Shown here: piece after piece, positions 13,268 through 26,360 of the stretch
Layout of the letters: the number at the start of each line of letters is the position of its first letter
Numbering within the stretch: position 1 is the first letter of the stretch
NCBI GenBank assembly: GCA_951406725.2
Contig: OX597826.1
Coordinates: 50,592,001-50,656,000 of the forward strand
Source: Octopus vulgaris
Taxonomy: Eukaryota
Reading direction: 5' to 3'
DNA length: 64,000 nt
Translations under genes and position numbers: made by a program
Notes under the pieces: generated by a model
Database searches by the model: none
What the model was told of the DNA's origin: nothing
The model's input: only the letters and a program-made list of their open reading frames with translations

Positions 13268-13527
13268 GGGATCTTTTCGGTTTGAACGGCAGTTTGTAAC
13301 ATCATTTCTAGGTGACTAAAAAATTTTAAACTTCGTATACTGGTAGAATGTGTTTATAAAACATCATTTTCTCTTGGCTTTATTGAGAAAATTCTATAGT
13401 TTGTAACATATTTCGTCTAAAATTTCTTGCATTTCGGCAATTTTAACCAATCGCTGACCGTCCATTGAGGTGAAAGCATTCTGTGCGTCATCAATGTCCC
13501 TCGTTTAAGAAACAGATTGGGTTTCAA
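13268..13527 (+). mobile_element. Probable DNA-transposon terminal fragment inserted in an old family A SINE (13062-13690, -)
   Basis: An abrupt block starting gggatcttttcggtttgaacggcagttt splits the two halves of a family A copy; no partner TIR seen. Confidence 0.45.
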
Positions 13528-15899
13528 AGACGTTCACATACACACAACTGGCTTCTCACGGTTTCTGTCTACCAAATTTATTTACAAGACATTGGTTGGC
13601 CCAGAACCAAAGTAGAAGACACTCTAGGTGCCATGCAGTGGGACTGAACTTGAAACTACATAGCTGCAAACTACACAGCAACGCTTGTGCAGGATTATAT
13701 TCAGTCTCTAAGACTACAACGAAACGGTTCTTCTCTAACACAACCGACTGTTTGATAAAGCTGTCCAGAAGTTCAATTCCCACTGATACCAGTTTTGCCT
13801 TTCGTTCTTCCAGGGCTGATTTTAAAATACCAACCTTGAGAAGTGGGCTTGTAGAATTGTCTACCACTCTTGTATTATTCCACCAACCAATTCTTCATTT
13901 TCTCTTTCACTATCTTTCTCATTACCAGTATTATTGTTGTCACCACCACCACCACGACTTTCTGCACTCACTGCACTTCCCCCTTCTCTCTCCCCTCTTT
14001 CCACTCTATTACCTGATCTCTAATAATAATAATAATAATAATTATTATTATTATTACATTGTTGTGACTGTTCTCCTCTCTTAGTTTTTGTATCCCTCAC
14101 CCCCAGTTTATTAAACTTCACCTCTACTCAAATAGTTCTATGTGATATGATTCTACATCACCTTTAGAATGTTCCTTAATCAACACCCAACCACATACAC
14201 TACAAATTTCAAACTTTCTCCCCCCACCCACCTACTTCCTCAAGGCCATAGCCACTACCACAATTACCACCACAGCACCCTGCTATCTGTTCCAATAACC
14301 CCCTCCCTCTGCCGCCGACATTCTGCCAGTATTCCAGTTTTCCACCTCCCTCATCACCACCACCACCACATTCATGGTGCCCCCACCACAACCATTTGCT
14401 TCAGATTTTTTGCAGCTGAGTATGTGTGTATGTATTGTATGTATATGCATGTGTGTGTGTGTGTGGAGGAACAACAGCGATTATAAAAAAAATGTTTGAA
14501 AATTAAATTTCTTTTACTTTTCTTTGTAAATGGCTATTTTGTTTTTTTTTTTTAAAAAAACATTTTAACAAGGCATTACTTTCACTTTTCTCTGTATTTC
14601 TATCTCATTTGTTTATTTCATCTCCACCCCCCATCTCTCTCTCTCTCATTCTAGTTAGCTGTTTGTCTACGCATATGTCTCTGTCTGTCTTTCTGTTTGT
14701 CTGTCTGTCAATCTCTCCATCTCTCTGTCTGTCTCTCTCGCTCTCTCTTCAATACAATTCTCTCATAAGATGACCTTCCTCGTTTACCGACAGACATCAT
14801 CATAACTGTTTATAAAAACACAAAACCGCATCATCTTCCTTAGACAAATATCAGATATTCCACCAATATCAACCTGTTTAGAAAAGTGCGTGTCTGAGAC
14901 TAAGGGTGGTGGAGTAGTTTTAATGAATAATTCCTAAATATTTAGTTTATTGTGTCTTCTGTCAACAACACATTATTTTAAATACAGTTTCAGTTTATTT
15001 TTTTAAGGCATTTCTTTTGTTTATTTAAATTTTAATCTTTTCCATTAAAATTTTACTTTGTGTATTTGAATGCATTCTGTGTGTGTGTGTGTGTGTGTGT
15101 TGCACTATACAAGAACAGGTGAAATGTTATGTTTTTTTGGGGTTTTTTTCTACAGGTGAGTGATGGTGTAGGTGTGATTTGGAAGGAGTAGAAGTCTGTG
15201 TGTTTACCCTATATTAGAACGTAGTAAGGGGCAGGTGGAAATTGTCTTTAAGTGTGTTTTGCCATACTCAACAAGAGGCATAGTGCAGTTCTTGCGTGTC
15301 TGTGTGACTGTTTAGGTGTAGTTTTGTGTGTGTGTGTGTGTCTTTTATTGTACACTGGAACATGTGTGGTGGGATGCAGAGAGAAAGAGAGAGAAATTGT
15401 GGTAGTGGTGGTGGTTGGCAGTGAGGATGGTGAGTCGCAGATTTTTTTCTAGATGTGATTAATCTTCATAATTACCTTCAAAGAATATCGTCTTCTTTCA
15501 CATTGTCTACCCCTGCCCCCACTGACAACTTTATTTAACTTATTGCATAGAATAATGATGGAAAGAGATTTTTCTTTTTATATTTTATATCATGATGGAG
15601 GGGTACAAAGGAATTGAGAAGAGAGGGGTGTGCATGGGTAGGGTGGAGTATGATTATTAAAAAAATAAAGGGAAAGATCATAAACAGTATTGTAACAACA
15701 GTAGCAGCAGCCAAATTAGTTAAAATGTAGTTTTGCTTTTTACATTCTGAGTTCAAATCCTGCCACGGTCAACTTTGATCTTTTCAGTGTTGATATAAGA
15801 AAGTGCTACACAAGTGCAGGGGTCAATGTGATCAACTACCCACTTCCCCAAATTTCAGGCTTTCTGCCTATAGTATAAAGAATGCTTCTTCTTCCTGCC

Positions 15900-16070
15900 C
15901 TGAACATATCCCTGTGATGTTGCAGCTCATTCCTACAGCTGAGTGAACTGGAGCAATGTGAAATAAAGTGTCTTGCCCAAGAACACAACACACAACCCGG
16001 TCCAGAAATTGAACTCCCTATCTCGTGATTGTGGGCCCGGCAATCTAACCATTGAGCCATGGAAGGCCAG
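15900..16070 (-). mobile_element. SINE family E fragment; related copies at 17750-17912(-), 26700-27000(-), 51681-51990(+), 52330-52420(-), 57300-57452(-)
   Basis: Reverse strand tggctcaatggttaga...gagttcaatttctggacc...gttcttgggcaagacactttatttcacattgctccagttcactcagctg. Confidence 0.78.
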
Positions 16071-16514
16071 GCGGCAGTTTTCTTGTCTGGTGGCTCTAGC
16101 AAAAGAAGTTGTGTAGTGGATGTGACTGGAACGGAGGAGACATACTTTTATCTTTAGTCAAGCTCTCATTGACCTTTTCAAGTTGGAGTGGAGTGTAAAA
16201 AAGTGATAATTTCTTCTAAATTTATTAAAAGGTGAGTGAGTGTTCTAAGTATGGCTCTGAGTGAAGAGTTTGACTTTCAACATGTACCTATAGGTTGAGA
16301 AATAAAACGAGGAGAGAGGGTGCTTAATATTGGCAGTTAGAGTAATCCAGGATTTATGAGGTTCCTTTACTGGCCCTGAGTGGCAGTCCTCTTCTTGAGA
16401 CACATCACATATTGTATACTATCACTTTTTCATTTGTTTAACCTTCATTTCTGCACACCTTTTTATAACCCAGTAATGTCCGTCATCATCATCACCACCA
16501 TCATCATCATCATC

Positions 16515-16872
16515 GCGGTGGGCTGGCAGAATTGTTAGCATACTGGGTGAAATGCTTAATGATATTTCATCAGTCTTCACACTCTAGGTTCAAATTCTGT
16601 CAAGGTTGACTTTTCCTTTCATCCTTTCAGGGTTAAGTACTAGTGAAACACTGGGTTGACCTAATCAGCTAGTTCCCTCCCTCAAAATTTCAGGCTTTGT
16701 GCCTATATTAGAAAGGATTATTATTATTAGTTTAAATTCCGCTGAGGTCGACTTTGCCTTTCATCCTTTCAGGGTCAATAAAATAAGTACCAGTTGAACA
16801 CTGAGGGTTAACGTAATCAACACATCTCCACCTCCCCCAAGCTACCCTTGTGGCAAAAATTTGAAATAATAA
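16515..16872 (+). mobile_element. Two head-to-tail family B SINEs
   Basis: Two successive gactttgcctttcatcctttcagggt cores separated by an (ATT)n tail. Confidence 0.78.
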
Positions 16873-16875
16873 TAA

Positions 16876-17375
16876 TACGGCCACGTTCGGAAGGTTTTCT
16901 TATGTACCACCGGCACTGGTACCACAAAACTACAAATTCCATTGATCAAAATCGAAATCTATCAACATCAATGGAATTTGTAGTTTTGTGGTACCTGTGC
17001 CGGTGGCACATAAGAAAACCTTCCGAACGTGGCCGTAGCCAGTACCGCATCGACTGGCCTCCGTGCTGGTGGCACGTAACAAACACCATCTGATCGTGGC
17101 CGTGCCAGCCTCGCCTGGCCTCCGTGCCAGTGGCACGTAAAAAACACCATCCGAGCGTGGCCGTTCGCCAGCCTCGTCTGGCACCTGTGTCGGTGGCACA
17201 TAAAAAGCACCCACTACACTCACGGAGTGGTTGGCGTTAGGAAGGGCATCCAGCTGTAGAAACACTGCCAGATCTGACTGGGCTTGGCGCAGCCTTCTGG
17301 CTTCTCAGACCCCAGTTGAACCGTCCAACCCATGCTAGCATGGAAAACGGACGTTAAACGATGATGATGATGATT
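16876..17375 (+). mobile_element. Family D (RTE 3' end) with a 71-bp inverted duplication at its 5' junction
   Basis: Arms 16876-16946 and 16967-17037 are reverse complements with 2 mismatches; the remainder matches 8925-9352. Confidence 0.88.
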
Positions 17376-18341
17376 GTTGTTATTAAGAAGGTGGCGAGCT
17401 GGCAGAATTGTTAGCACATGGGACAAAATGCTTAACAGTATTTCGCCTGTCGCTATGTTCTGAGTTCAAATTGCGCTGAGGTCAACTTTACCTTTCATCC
17501 TTTCGGAGTCGATAAATTAAGTGCTAGTTGAGTACTGGGGTCAATGTAATTGACTCTCCCCCTCCCCCAAATTTCAGGTTTTGTGCCTATGAATAGAAAG
17601 AATTATTATTATTAAGGCTGTCACCCACATGGTAGCATCTGTCATGCTTTCACTAATTGTCTTAGGTGCCCATGTAGTCATAAGGAGACATAACCCCTGT
17701 AGGGCTTCCTACCCATTGACTTTAAGACATCCAGGATGTCTGCTTGTGTGAGAGAGATACACCAGTACTTGGTTGGTACTCATTTATAGCTGTGTAGACT
17801 AGGTCAACATGAAATGAAGTACTTCACCAAAGGACACAACATGCTGCCTGCTCTAGGAATTGAACTCATGACATTATGATTGGGGGCTGAACATCCTAAA
17901 CACTAAGCTATATCATCATCATTTACTCGGGCCTGCTTGGACATAGAATGTCTTTCAGTTGCTAATTTCTTGACATTGGTCACAGATCCTAAAGATGATT
18001 GCAGTGCCAGTCAAACTGACGAGTTGCTCAGACCAAGATTCATGAATGCCTAATTTGTTCTGGGAAGAAGTCCAGAGACAGAATATCCTTTTTTATGCTT
18101 TACCTTTCATTCCCTACTACTATCCACCCTTCCAATGATAATGACATTTCTGCTCTTTGCAGGGCTTCAGGATTTCACCATAACCCTGGCAGGGTGGCTA
18201 ATGGGTGTTATGCCTTGTCAAAGGGCAACCGTTGATTTTGTCTGGGACTGCTTATTGAGTATCTACGGCTAACCTGTATATCTACAAGCCATTTCCCTAT
18301 CTGCAAGCTGGATATCCAATAGATGGTATTATTAATGGACA

Positions 18342-18573
18342 AGGCGGCGAGCTAGCAGAAACGTTAGCACGCCGGGCGAAATGCTTTGCGGTATTTCGTC
18401 TGCCGTTACGTTCTGAGTTCAAATTCCACTGAGGTCGACTTTGCCTTTCATCCTCTCGGGGTCGATAAATTAAGCACCAGTTATGCACTGGGGTTGATGT
18501 AATCGACTTAATACCTATGTCTGTCCTTGTTTGTCCCCTCTATGTTTAGCCCCTTGTGGGTAGTAAAGAAATA
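18342..18573 (+). mobile_element. SINE family B with perfect 17-bp TSD
   Basis: ggtattattaatggaca at 18325-18341 and 18574-18590. Confidence 0.92.
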
Positions 18574-20809
18574 GGTATTATTAATGGACAGAAAAATAAT
18601 CAGTGCATATATTTAATTATAAAAGATGACTCTTCCAAAATAGCAGGATATTTAATGAACAACCTTAAACAAAAAAATACCAATTGATCATTTACATTAT
18701 TTCTCAATACCTGGTGTTTAACAAGTTAGTTTCTTACCCAACATACACATGATCCTAGGCATTCCAGTTGTGGCCATCCCAACTTTCTTTTAAAAAAGAG
18801 TTTACATCTAGGACTACATTACCCAATATGTTCTTTTTTTTTTTTAGATTAGTTGGGTGTGATCAAAGGAAGATTTGGCTGCTATTTCTAGCACATCAAT
18901 CATTCAAAAGCACCCTTTAAGGATACCATTGAAGATTGCGACAAAATATCAATTATTAGCTGCTAACTGTCTCGATGTTTACTTTTCCTTGTATGTTCGC
19001 GAAAAGTATGTTCTCTATTTACGACAGTGATTAGCTAACGTCTCTTATAAAACGTGTTTGGATTATGAGATGAGAAAGTCATTTCAGAGTGTAGTCCCTA
19101 GGGAGAACATGTGGACCTGACAAACTGAAATTAATCAAGTAAATCTTTACTTCAGCCTAGTTATATCTCAGCCATCTTCTCGGTAGTCATGGCAACAGTT
19201 TTGTTTTTGGGTTTTTTTAAAAATTTTTTGCTATGGACTACTTATCAAATCTAACATCACTAGACGTTTATAATTGCCAAATATATACCTAAATTGTATG
19301 TTGTTTGATGAGAAAGCAAGTGCAATCTTCACTATTTCGATTGCCAATACAGGGTATGACCAAAAGTTTAAAAAAAAATATATATATTTTATAGGATGAC
19401 AAAAGTTCCAACATCATAACTTTAAAAAAAAAAAAGAAGATAAAATGTAAACCATCAGCTCAATGAAGACAAAGTTACCAACTGCTTAACTTCAATAGTG
19501 CCAATCCAATGGCTGTGTAAAATGTGGGATGTTTTTCTGCCGCATTTTGTACTTCATAAGTCAAACTCAACCAAACATTTCGAGAGAGAGAAGAAAAATA
19601 CAAGGGCAGAGAAGGACAGGGAGTTTTAAATGTAGAATTATTTAGGAGCATAATTGGAAATGATATAATGACCTGTTTGTCTGACTGACTGTCGAAATAT
19701 GTAAATTAGTATTTTGTTTTAATAATGTTACTAATGAAGTAAGTATTATAATCAGCAGACTAATTTAAACAGTCTTAATGAGGATTAAAGTTGATTATAA
19801 GTTGTGAATTATGGAGTTGCTTTTGAAGGAATTTATAAACTGTAGGGGTAGACGAAATTTAAACTAAATGGAAACTTAATTTATTTATTAGTGAAATAAA
19901 GGAATTTATTAATGAATAGAATTTTATTTAAAAAGAAAACTATATAAATAAAAATAATATATCAGGATGTGTTTTGAAAGACTATTGGTGCCTTTGTGAA
20001 TTTGTGTAACTCTATATTTATACATGTGTGTATAGGTTACCTCCCTACTTCATAACCATGTGGTCATCGGTTCAGTCTCACTACTAGGCACCTTGAGCAA
20101 GTGTTTCCTATAACCCCAGGCCAACCAAAGCCTTGTGAGTGAATTTGGTAGATGGAAACTGAAAGAAGCCAGTTGTATGTATATCTGTGTGTGTTTGATG
20201 TAGGCTCCTCTCAATTCCAGGATGTACTTGGTGATTTGCCAAACCCTATACAGAGTGTACTCAGTGCATTTTACTGTGACATCAGAACTACTGAGATTTA
20301 ATGTGAGTTGATGCTCAATAGGAAAATTAATTATTTAACAGTTTGTCTCTATCACAATATGAGGGTTAACAATCAATCTATCATGATTAGAAACCATGAT
20401 CAGAAACAAGCAGACATTAGTGGTTGGATAGGAACCATACTAAAACAGACATTAAGATTTAGAGCAGTCTTCTAGCTTGCCATCTTCTGAAAAGTGGCTG
20501 TTAAATAACAGTGATAAAAAACAGTTGTTAGTTAGTTCTGTTGCGATATAAAAGGATTGTTAATTGGTCAGTGTTGTGAGTTGTTACTTGTTAGTTGGTC
20601 TCTGATGTGATATAGAAGTGTTAAGAAATTTTTTTTAAAATACAAAGTTTTAAAAACTTATTTGCTTCTAAAAACATTTTTCTTTACTATAAGTGAACAT
20701 CTGCAGTATTAGAGTTGATGGTGATGACGATGATGATAGACTTTGCGATTATATTCAACAAATAAATCTAACATTATCCTGTACCCATCATATATTTAAT
20801 GTGTTTGTT

Positions 20810-20873
<64 letters not shown>

Positions 20874-22503
20874 TACACACATACATGTGTGTGTGTTTAT
20901 AAAACAGCAAATGATAATTAATATCTGATATCTGTTAATATCTCACTCAGCATATTGGTATCTTAAATACACACATACACGCACTTTCTTAATGATTTAG
21001 AATACATATATGCTAACACTTGCTCATGGATACACACCCAATCAAACACACATATACAGAAACACACACACCCAAATTTGCTTGTAGAAAACCAATTAAT
21101 TTCTACCACTAATGTTCTTGAGAAAGGCATGACTCTCAGGCAGTCTCATCCTTCACACCACCTCATATAGATTTTAAGCCTTGCGACTCTGAAAAAGAAA
21201 ATGGTAAAGTTTCTTTTAGGAATTCCTTTTTGTTGACCATAAAATTTGTGGGTTTTGTTTCAAATGTATGTATGCCTATAATTTTGTTTTTATATGAATT
21301 TTTGGTGGTGATGTTCATGATGGTGGCTGGGGGTTTAAAGTGAGGCTTAAAATTCCAAAAACTCCAATATTACCACATTCCTTGAATTACCAATCTTTAA
21401 AAAGTATATAAATAAATATTTTTAAAAATATGTAAATAAATATATAAATTAGAAACTGATCTGTGTTGACTGACTGCTTGCCTGAATGTGTATGACTTTG
21501 AGTGTGTGTATGTGTGTGTGTGCGTGTGTGTGTGTGGGTGTGTGTGCATATATGTATGTATATGTGTGTGTGTTTATATGTATGTATATGTGGGTGGGTG
21601 TACGTATATATAAATAAACATGGGTGGGGGGTGTTCACACAAGTCTGGGCAAACAGACAGCTACCACGCTCATAAATATACACTCACACACACAGGTGTG
21701 GGTGTATATACAAACATAACCACTCATTCACATCATGTATGTTATACATACATACATTCATTCACATACACACACACACTCTGACATACATTCATAGAAG
21801 CAGACAATCAGGCAGATATCACTCACACACACAAAAAAAAAAAGAATACAAAAAAATCTCAAATCGCATTCTCTCCCCTCTCCCCCTCCTTCAAGTTTAT
21901 TTTAAAAGAAAATTCTATATCTCTAGCTATTTCCTGAGTGCAACTACATCAAACCTGCTTGAAACATTTTTTCCCTGCCCAACCTTTCCAATAGTCATGG
22001 CTATCGTTCTCCATGCAGGCAACCACAAACTAAACGACTGTGTGTGTGTGTTTGGGATTAATCACAACTGTTGTTTGAAAGTGGATACAAGGTAAGCTTT
22101 TACACATAAACACACACACATATATGTATTATACACACACACACACATATATATATATATATTATACACACACACACACACACACACCTATAGATGGGGA
22201 CATAGATGTGTATAGATCTATGTAGACATGGATGCTTGTGTGTGGGTATGTATGTGTGTGTGGGTATGTATGTGTGTGTATATATATATATATAGTGTTC
22301 TGTAAACTATATTAACTAAAGATTGCTTGGAGACAAGGCACATTATATAAATCTGTCTAATCTCAGTGTCTCTATAGAATAAAAAAATTATTAATTGCTC
22401 ATATTTTAAATACTGTATACATTAGATTATATAATTATATATATTTTTATATAATATATATGTAATTTCATATGTGTGTGTGTGTATATATATATATATA
22501 ATC

Positions 22504-22630
22504 ATGTCTTGAGTTCAGATTTCATACTGGCCACCTATATATATATATAAATATAGGTGGCCAGTATGAAACCGGAACTCATGACATTTGTGTTACCAGC
22601 ATAAAACTCAGCTCTTGAGCCACATCTGTA
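22504..22630 (-). repeat. tRNA-like SINE head ending in a 37-bp-arm palindrome around (TA)n
   Basis: 22504-22540 and 22551-22587 are reverse complements (34/37). Minus strand reads gatgtggctcaagagctgag...ctggtaacacaaatgtcatgagttccggtttc. Confidence 0.6.
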
Positions 22631-22869
22631 ACTTTTCAGATTAAGAGCCCCACAAACACACACACACACACACACACGTCTGTGTATTACAATATGTGTG
22701 TCTTAATGTTGTCTTTTTGTATCCCTCCTGGCATACTAAGAAACTATTTAGTTACCATTTACTGTTTCACATAGTGGTGGAGGATATTTTAGTCACAAAA
22801 CTCTTACAGAGTTGGTTAGATGGTGGATTGTACTTTAGTTTTGTTATGTCACTTGTTTTCTGTTTGGAT

Positions 22870-23372
22870 ATTTCTGGTATCGACATTTTCATTCTGCTGA
22901 GGTCAAATTTCCCTTTCATCCTTCTGGGAATCCATAAATTAAGCACCAGTTGATCACTGGGATCAATGTAATTGGCTAGCCACTTCCCTAAATATTTCCG
23001 GCCTTGTGCCTATAGAAAAGATTATTATCCAGGTAAAATGCCAAAATTCTTAGTAGCATTTAGTCTGTCTTTATGTTCTGAGTTCAAATTTCACCGAGGT
23101 CAACTTTGCCCTTCATCCTTTCGGGGTTGATAAAAGAAGTACCAGTGAAACACTGGGGTCAATGTAATCAACTACTCCCCTACCACCAAAATTTGAGGCC
23201 TTGTGCCTATAGTAGAAAAGATTATTATTATTATTATTATTATTTTTATTTTTTTTTTATTAGTTCAAATCCTCCTGTAGTCAGCTTGGTTTTTTTATTC
23301 TTTCAGAGTTAATGAAATAAAGTACTGGGGATGATGGAATTGATATATGCCCCTTCCCACCAAATTACTAAA

Positions 23373-23406
<34 letters not shown>

Positions 23407-23850
23407 GTTTCTACAATTGGCATAAGGCCTGAAATTTGGGACAATGTAGATAGTTGATTATATCAACCTTAGTCTTTGATTGGTACTAAGTTGACCTCAG
23501 GAGATTTGAACTCAGAATGTAACGATCCAGAAGAAATACCACAAAGCATTTTTACATTGATGCACTAACTGTCCTATGAGGTCACCACCTTCATCATTAT
23601 CATCATAAAATGGACATTAAATGATGATGATGATGATGATGATTTGGACAGCTAGTACATCAGGGTAAAAATGCTTTGTGGTATTTCTTCTGGTTCCTTG
23701 CATTCTGAGTTCAAATCTCCTAGGTCAACTTTGCCTTTCATCCGCCTAAAATCAATAAATAAGTACCACTCAAAGACTAAGGTCGATATAATCAACTATC
23801 CACCTGGCCCCAAATTTCAGGCCTTATGCTTATTGTAGAAACAATTACTA
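22870..23850. mobile_element. Cluster of five family B SINE copies, the last two forming an inverted pair
   Basis: Repeated ctgagttcaaat...ggtcaactttgcc.ttcatcc cores with (ATT)n tails. Confidence 0.8.
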
Positions 23851-24840
23851 TTATCGTTATTATTATTGTTGTTGTTAATAACGATCTGATATTAACATCT
23901 TCCCTCTCCTGTTCCTCTCCCTTCTACTCCTGATCTATTTACTTTCTATTTTTAGATCTTCATTATTTACAAATATTTCAGCTACACCAACAAGCCAATG
24001 AGGGAACTGCTACATGTCACTTGACATGCTAGAAATAACAGCTACATCTCCTTCAAAATGTTCTATAATCTTTAGAACAAAATTACATAATGTACTTCTG
24101 TATACACTGGGTCTGTAAAAAAAAAAAAGATTGAAGGGTCACAGCTGGAATACCTGTTTCTGTGTGTTTGTTGACTTGAGGTTGAATAAGAACATATTAT
24201 AATCCAAACCTACCAGTCTCCTCCTCCTCCTCTTCATAGACATCATCATTAATTTTTTTACGGTCTGATTTGTTGTTTTTGGTTTTCTTCACCTCTTTGT
24301 TTTGGTCTGTCATCTTTCTTATGAGACCCAAAGTAAAAAAAAAAATGTGATCTCAATACTTTACATGGCCTCTCAGCACACACACACACATACACACACA
24401 CGAATTTGTCTGTTTTCCCTAAATTGTCTTCTGATGATTTCCTTAAACTCAGTAAATGACTGATACTTATTTTACTATCCACCTGCCCTCATCACCCCTA
24501 AAATACAAGATGACAGGCAAAGTTGATTTCAAATGTTTTTTTTTTTTCCTATTTTATTAAATTGATATAAGGCACGACTACAATTCCAGTGTTTTATAGA
24601 TTTTGTCAAATTCACTGCGCCTTGCTTCTTCATAATAATAATTCTTTCTACTATAGGCACAAAGCCGGAAATTTTGGGGTATGGGAAGTCTTTTACATCA
24701 CCCACCCCTCCAGCGCTCAACTTGTACTTTCTTTATCAACCCCGAAAGACTAAGTTCACTTTGACAGAATTTGAACTCAGACTGTCAAGATGAATGAAAT
24801 ACCACTAAGCATTTTGTCCAGTGTGCTAATGATTCTGCCA

Positions 24841-25875
24841 TTCATTTATTTGCCACAAGGGTGAAGAATGAGGGGGACAGTACAGAGACAGACATAAAGT
24901 GTTGGGGGTTTACATATAGTAATGAATTGATAAAAAAAATAAAGTATACACAGTATACACTTGAAAAGAAAGGACATATGCATAGCATACAAAGGTAAAA
25001 AAAAAAGGGTGAGGGAGGATGCTAGAGATGTGGCCCTCCTGATACAGGAATGCCTCTAGGGATAATCAAGGAATCCCACTGTCCGAGATTTCCCTGAAAA
25101 CCTAGTGCCCTCGCCAATTCCTTCTCTCCGACTCACAGGTCTACACTTAGAGAGGTACCATCCACTCTTGCCATTTTTGAACTTCCACCCACCTTTTAAT
25201 AAACTCACTCGAGGACAGCACTTCCCTCTCCACTCTCAATTTCCTTTTTCAAGTGAAACTTGAAGAAGTCAATGAGATCTCTACCAAAGAGGAATGTATC
25301 TGTCCTCATGCCTTTCAGCCTTGTCCACCAAACAACATCTTTCGCCACAGCCACCAGGCAAAGGAAAACTACCTTACCTTCCCGATTGAAGGAGGGTGGC
25401 AATGCAATCATCAATACAGGCCCACCCAGCAGATGGATCTGTGCCACATGTGACAGCAGCTGTTCAACATAACCCCCACAAGAAATAATACATTTTAAAA
25501 TCTCTCAGAGAAATTTATGCAGTAACAGCATGATAAAGTGATAGTATGCTGTCAACTTAATGTGACAGTCTAAATAACAGTAGCGTTCTTTCCTTTCATG
25601 GGACTGTCTCATTAAGTTGACAACATACTATAACCCCGCAAGTCAACAGTGCCCAGACACTGAACAAGGGCATGCAGAATGGTATTGTCACTCTGTGCGC
25701 ACCTTGGACAAGTCCGTCTGACAGCACATCTGTGCCTGTATAGTTTATCCCAAACTGGTAGCTCCCCACCCCAGTAGTACTGCCAGGCTAAGGACATCTG
25801 GAAATTATCCATGATAGTTTCCAACTGGAAAGTCCTCTGGAACAGACCAGCCAGTTCGTTCTCATTGGTGCCCAA
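24841..25875 (-). mobile_element. Decayed 3' end of Tx1/L1-clade LINE (zinc-knuckle and C-terminal region of ORF2 plus 3' UTR)
   Basis: Minus-strand ORFs give ELPVWDKLYRH..RTCPRCAQSDNTILHALVQC (Cx2C..H..C, zf-RVT type) and FLCLVAVAKDVVWWTR...FFKFHLK; tail cccttgtggcaaataaatgaa. Confidence 0.8.
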
Positions 25876-26063
25876 TAATCCTTTCTACTATAGGCACAAG
25901 GCCTGAAATTTGAGGGGAGGGGGGCTAGTCAGCTACATCGATCCCAGAGTTTAACTGGATGGAAGACCAAGTCAACCTCGGCAGAATTTGAACTCAAGAT
26001 GTAAAGACAGATGTAAAGCAACTAAACATTTTGTGCTAATGATTCTGCCGGCTCACCATCCTT

Positions 26064-26094
<31 letters not shown>

Positions 26095-26360
26095 TAATCT
26101 TTTCTACTATAGGCACAAGGCCTGAAATTTGGGTGGGAGAGGACTAGTCGATTACATCGACCCGTGTTTCACTGGTACTTAATTTATTGACCCCGACAAT
26201 ATAATAATAATAATCCTTTCTACTATAGGCACAGGGCCTGAAATTTGTGGGGAGGGGGTAAATCGATCACATTGCCCCCAGTACTTGACTGGTACTTAAT
26301 TTATCGACCTCGAAAGGATGAAAGGTAAAGTCAACCTCGGTGGAATTTAAACTCAGACTG
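25874..26360 (-). mobile_element. Three tandem family B SINE copies joined by (TAA)n
   Basis: taataatcc/tttctactataggcacaaggcctgaaattt repeated three times. Confidence 0.85.
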
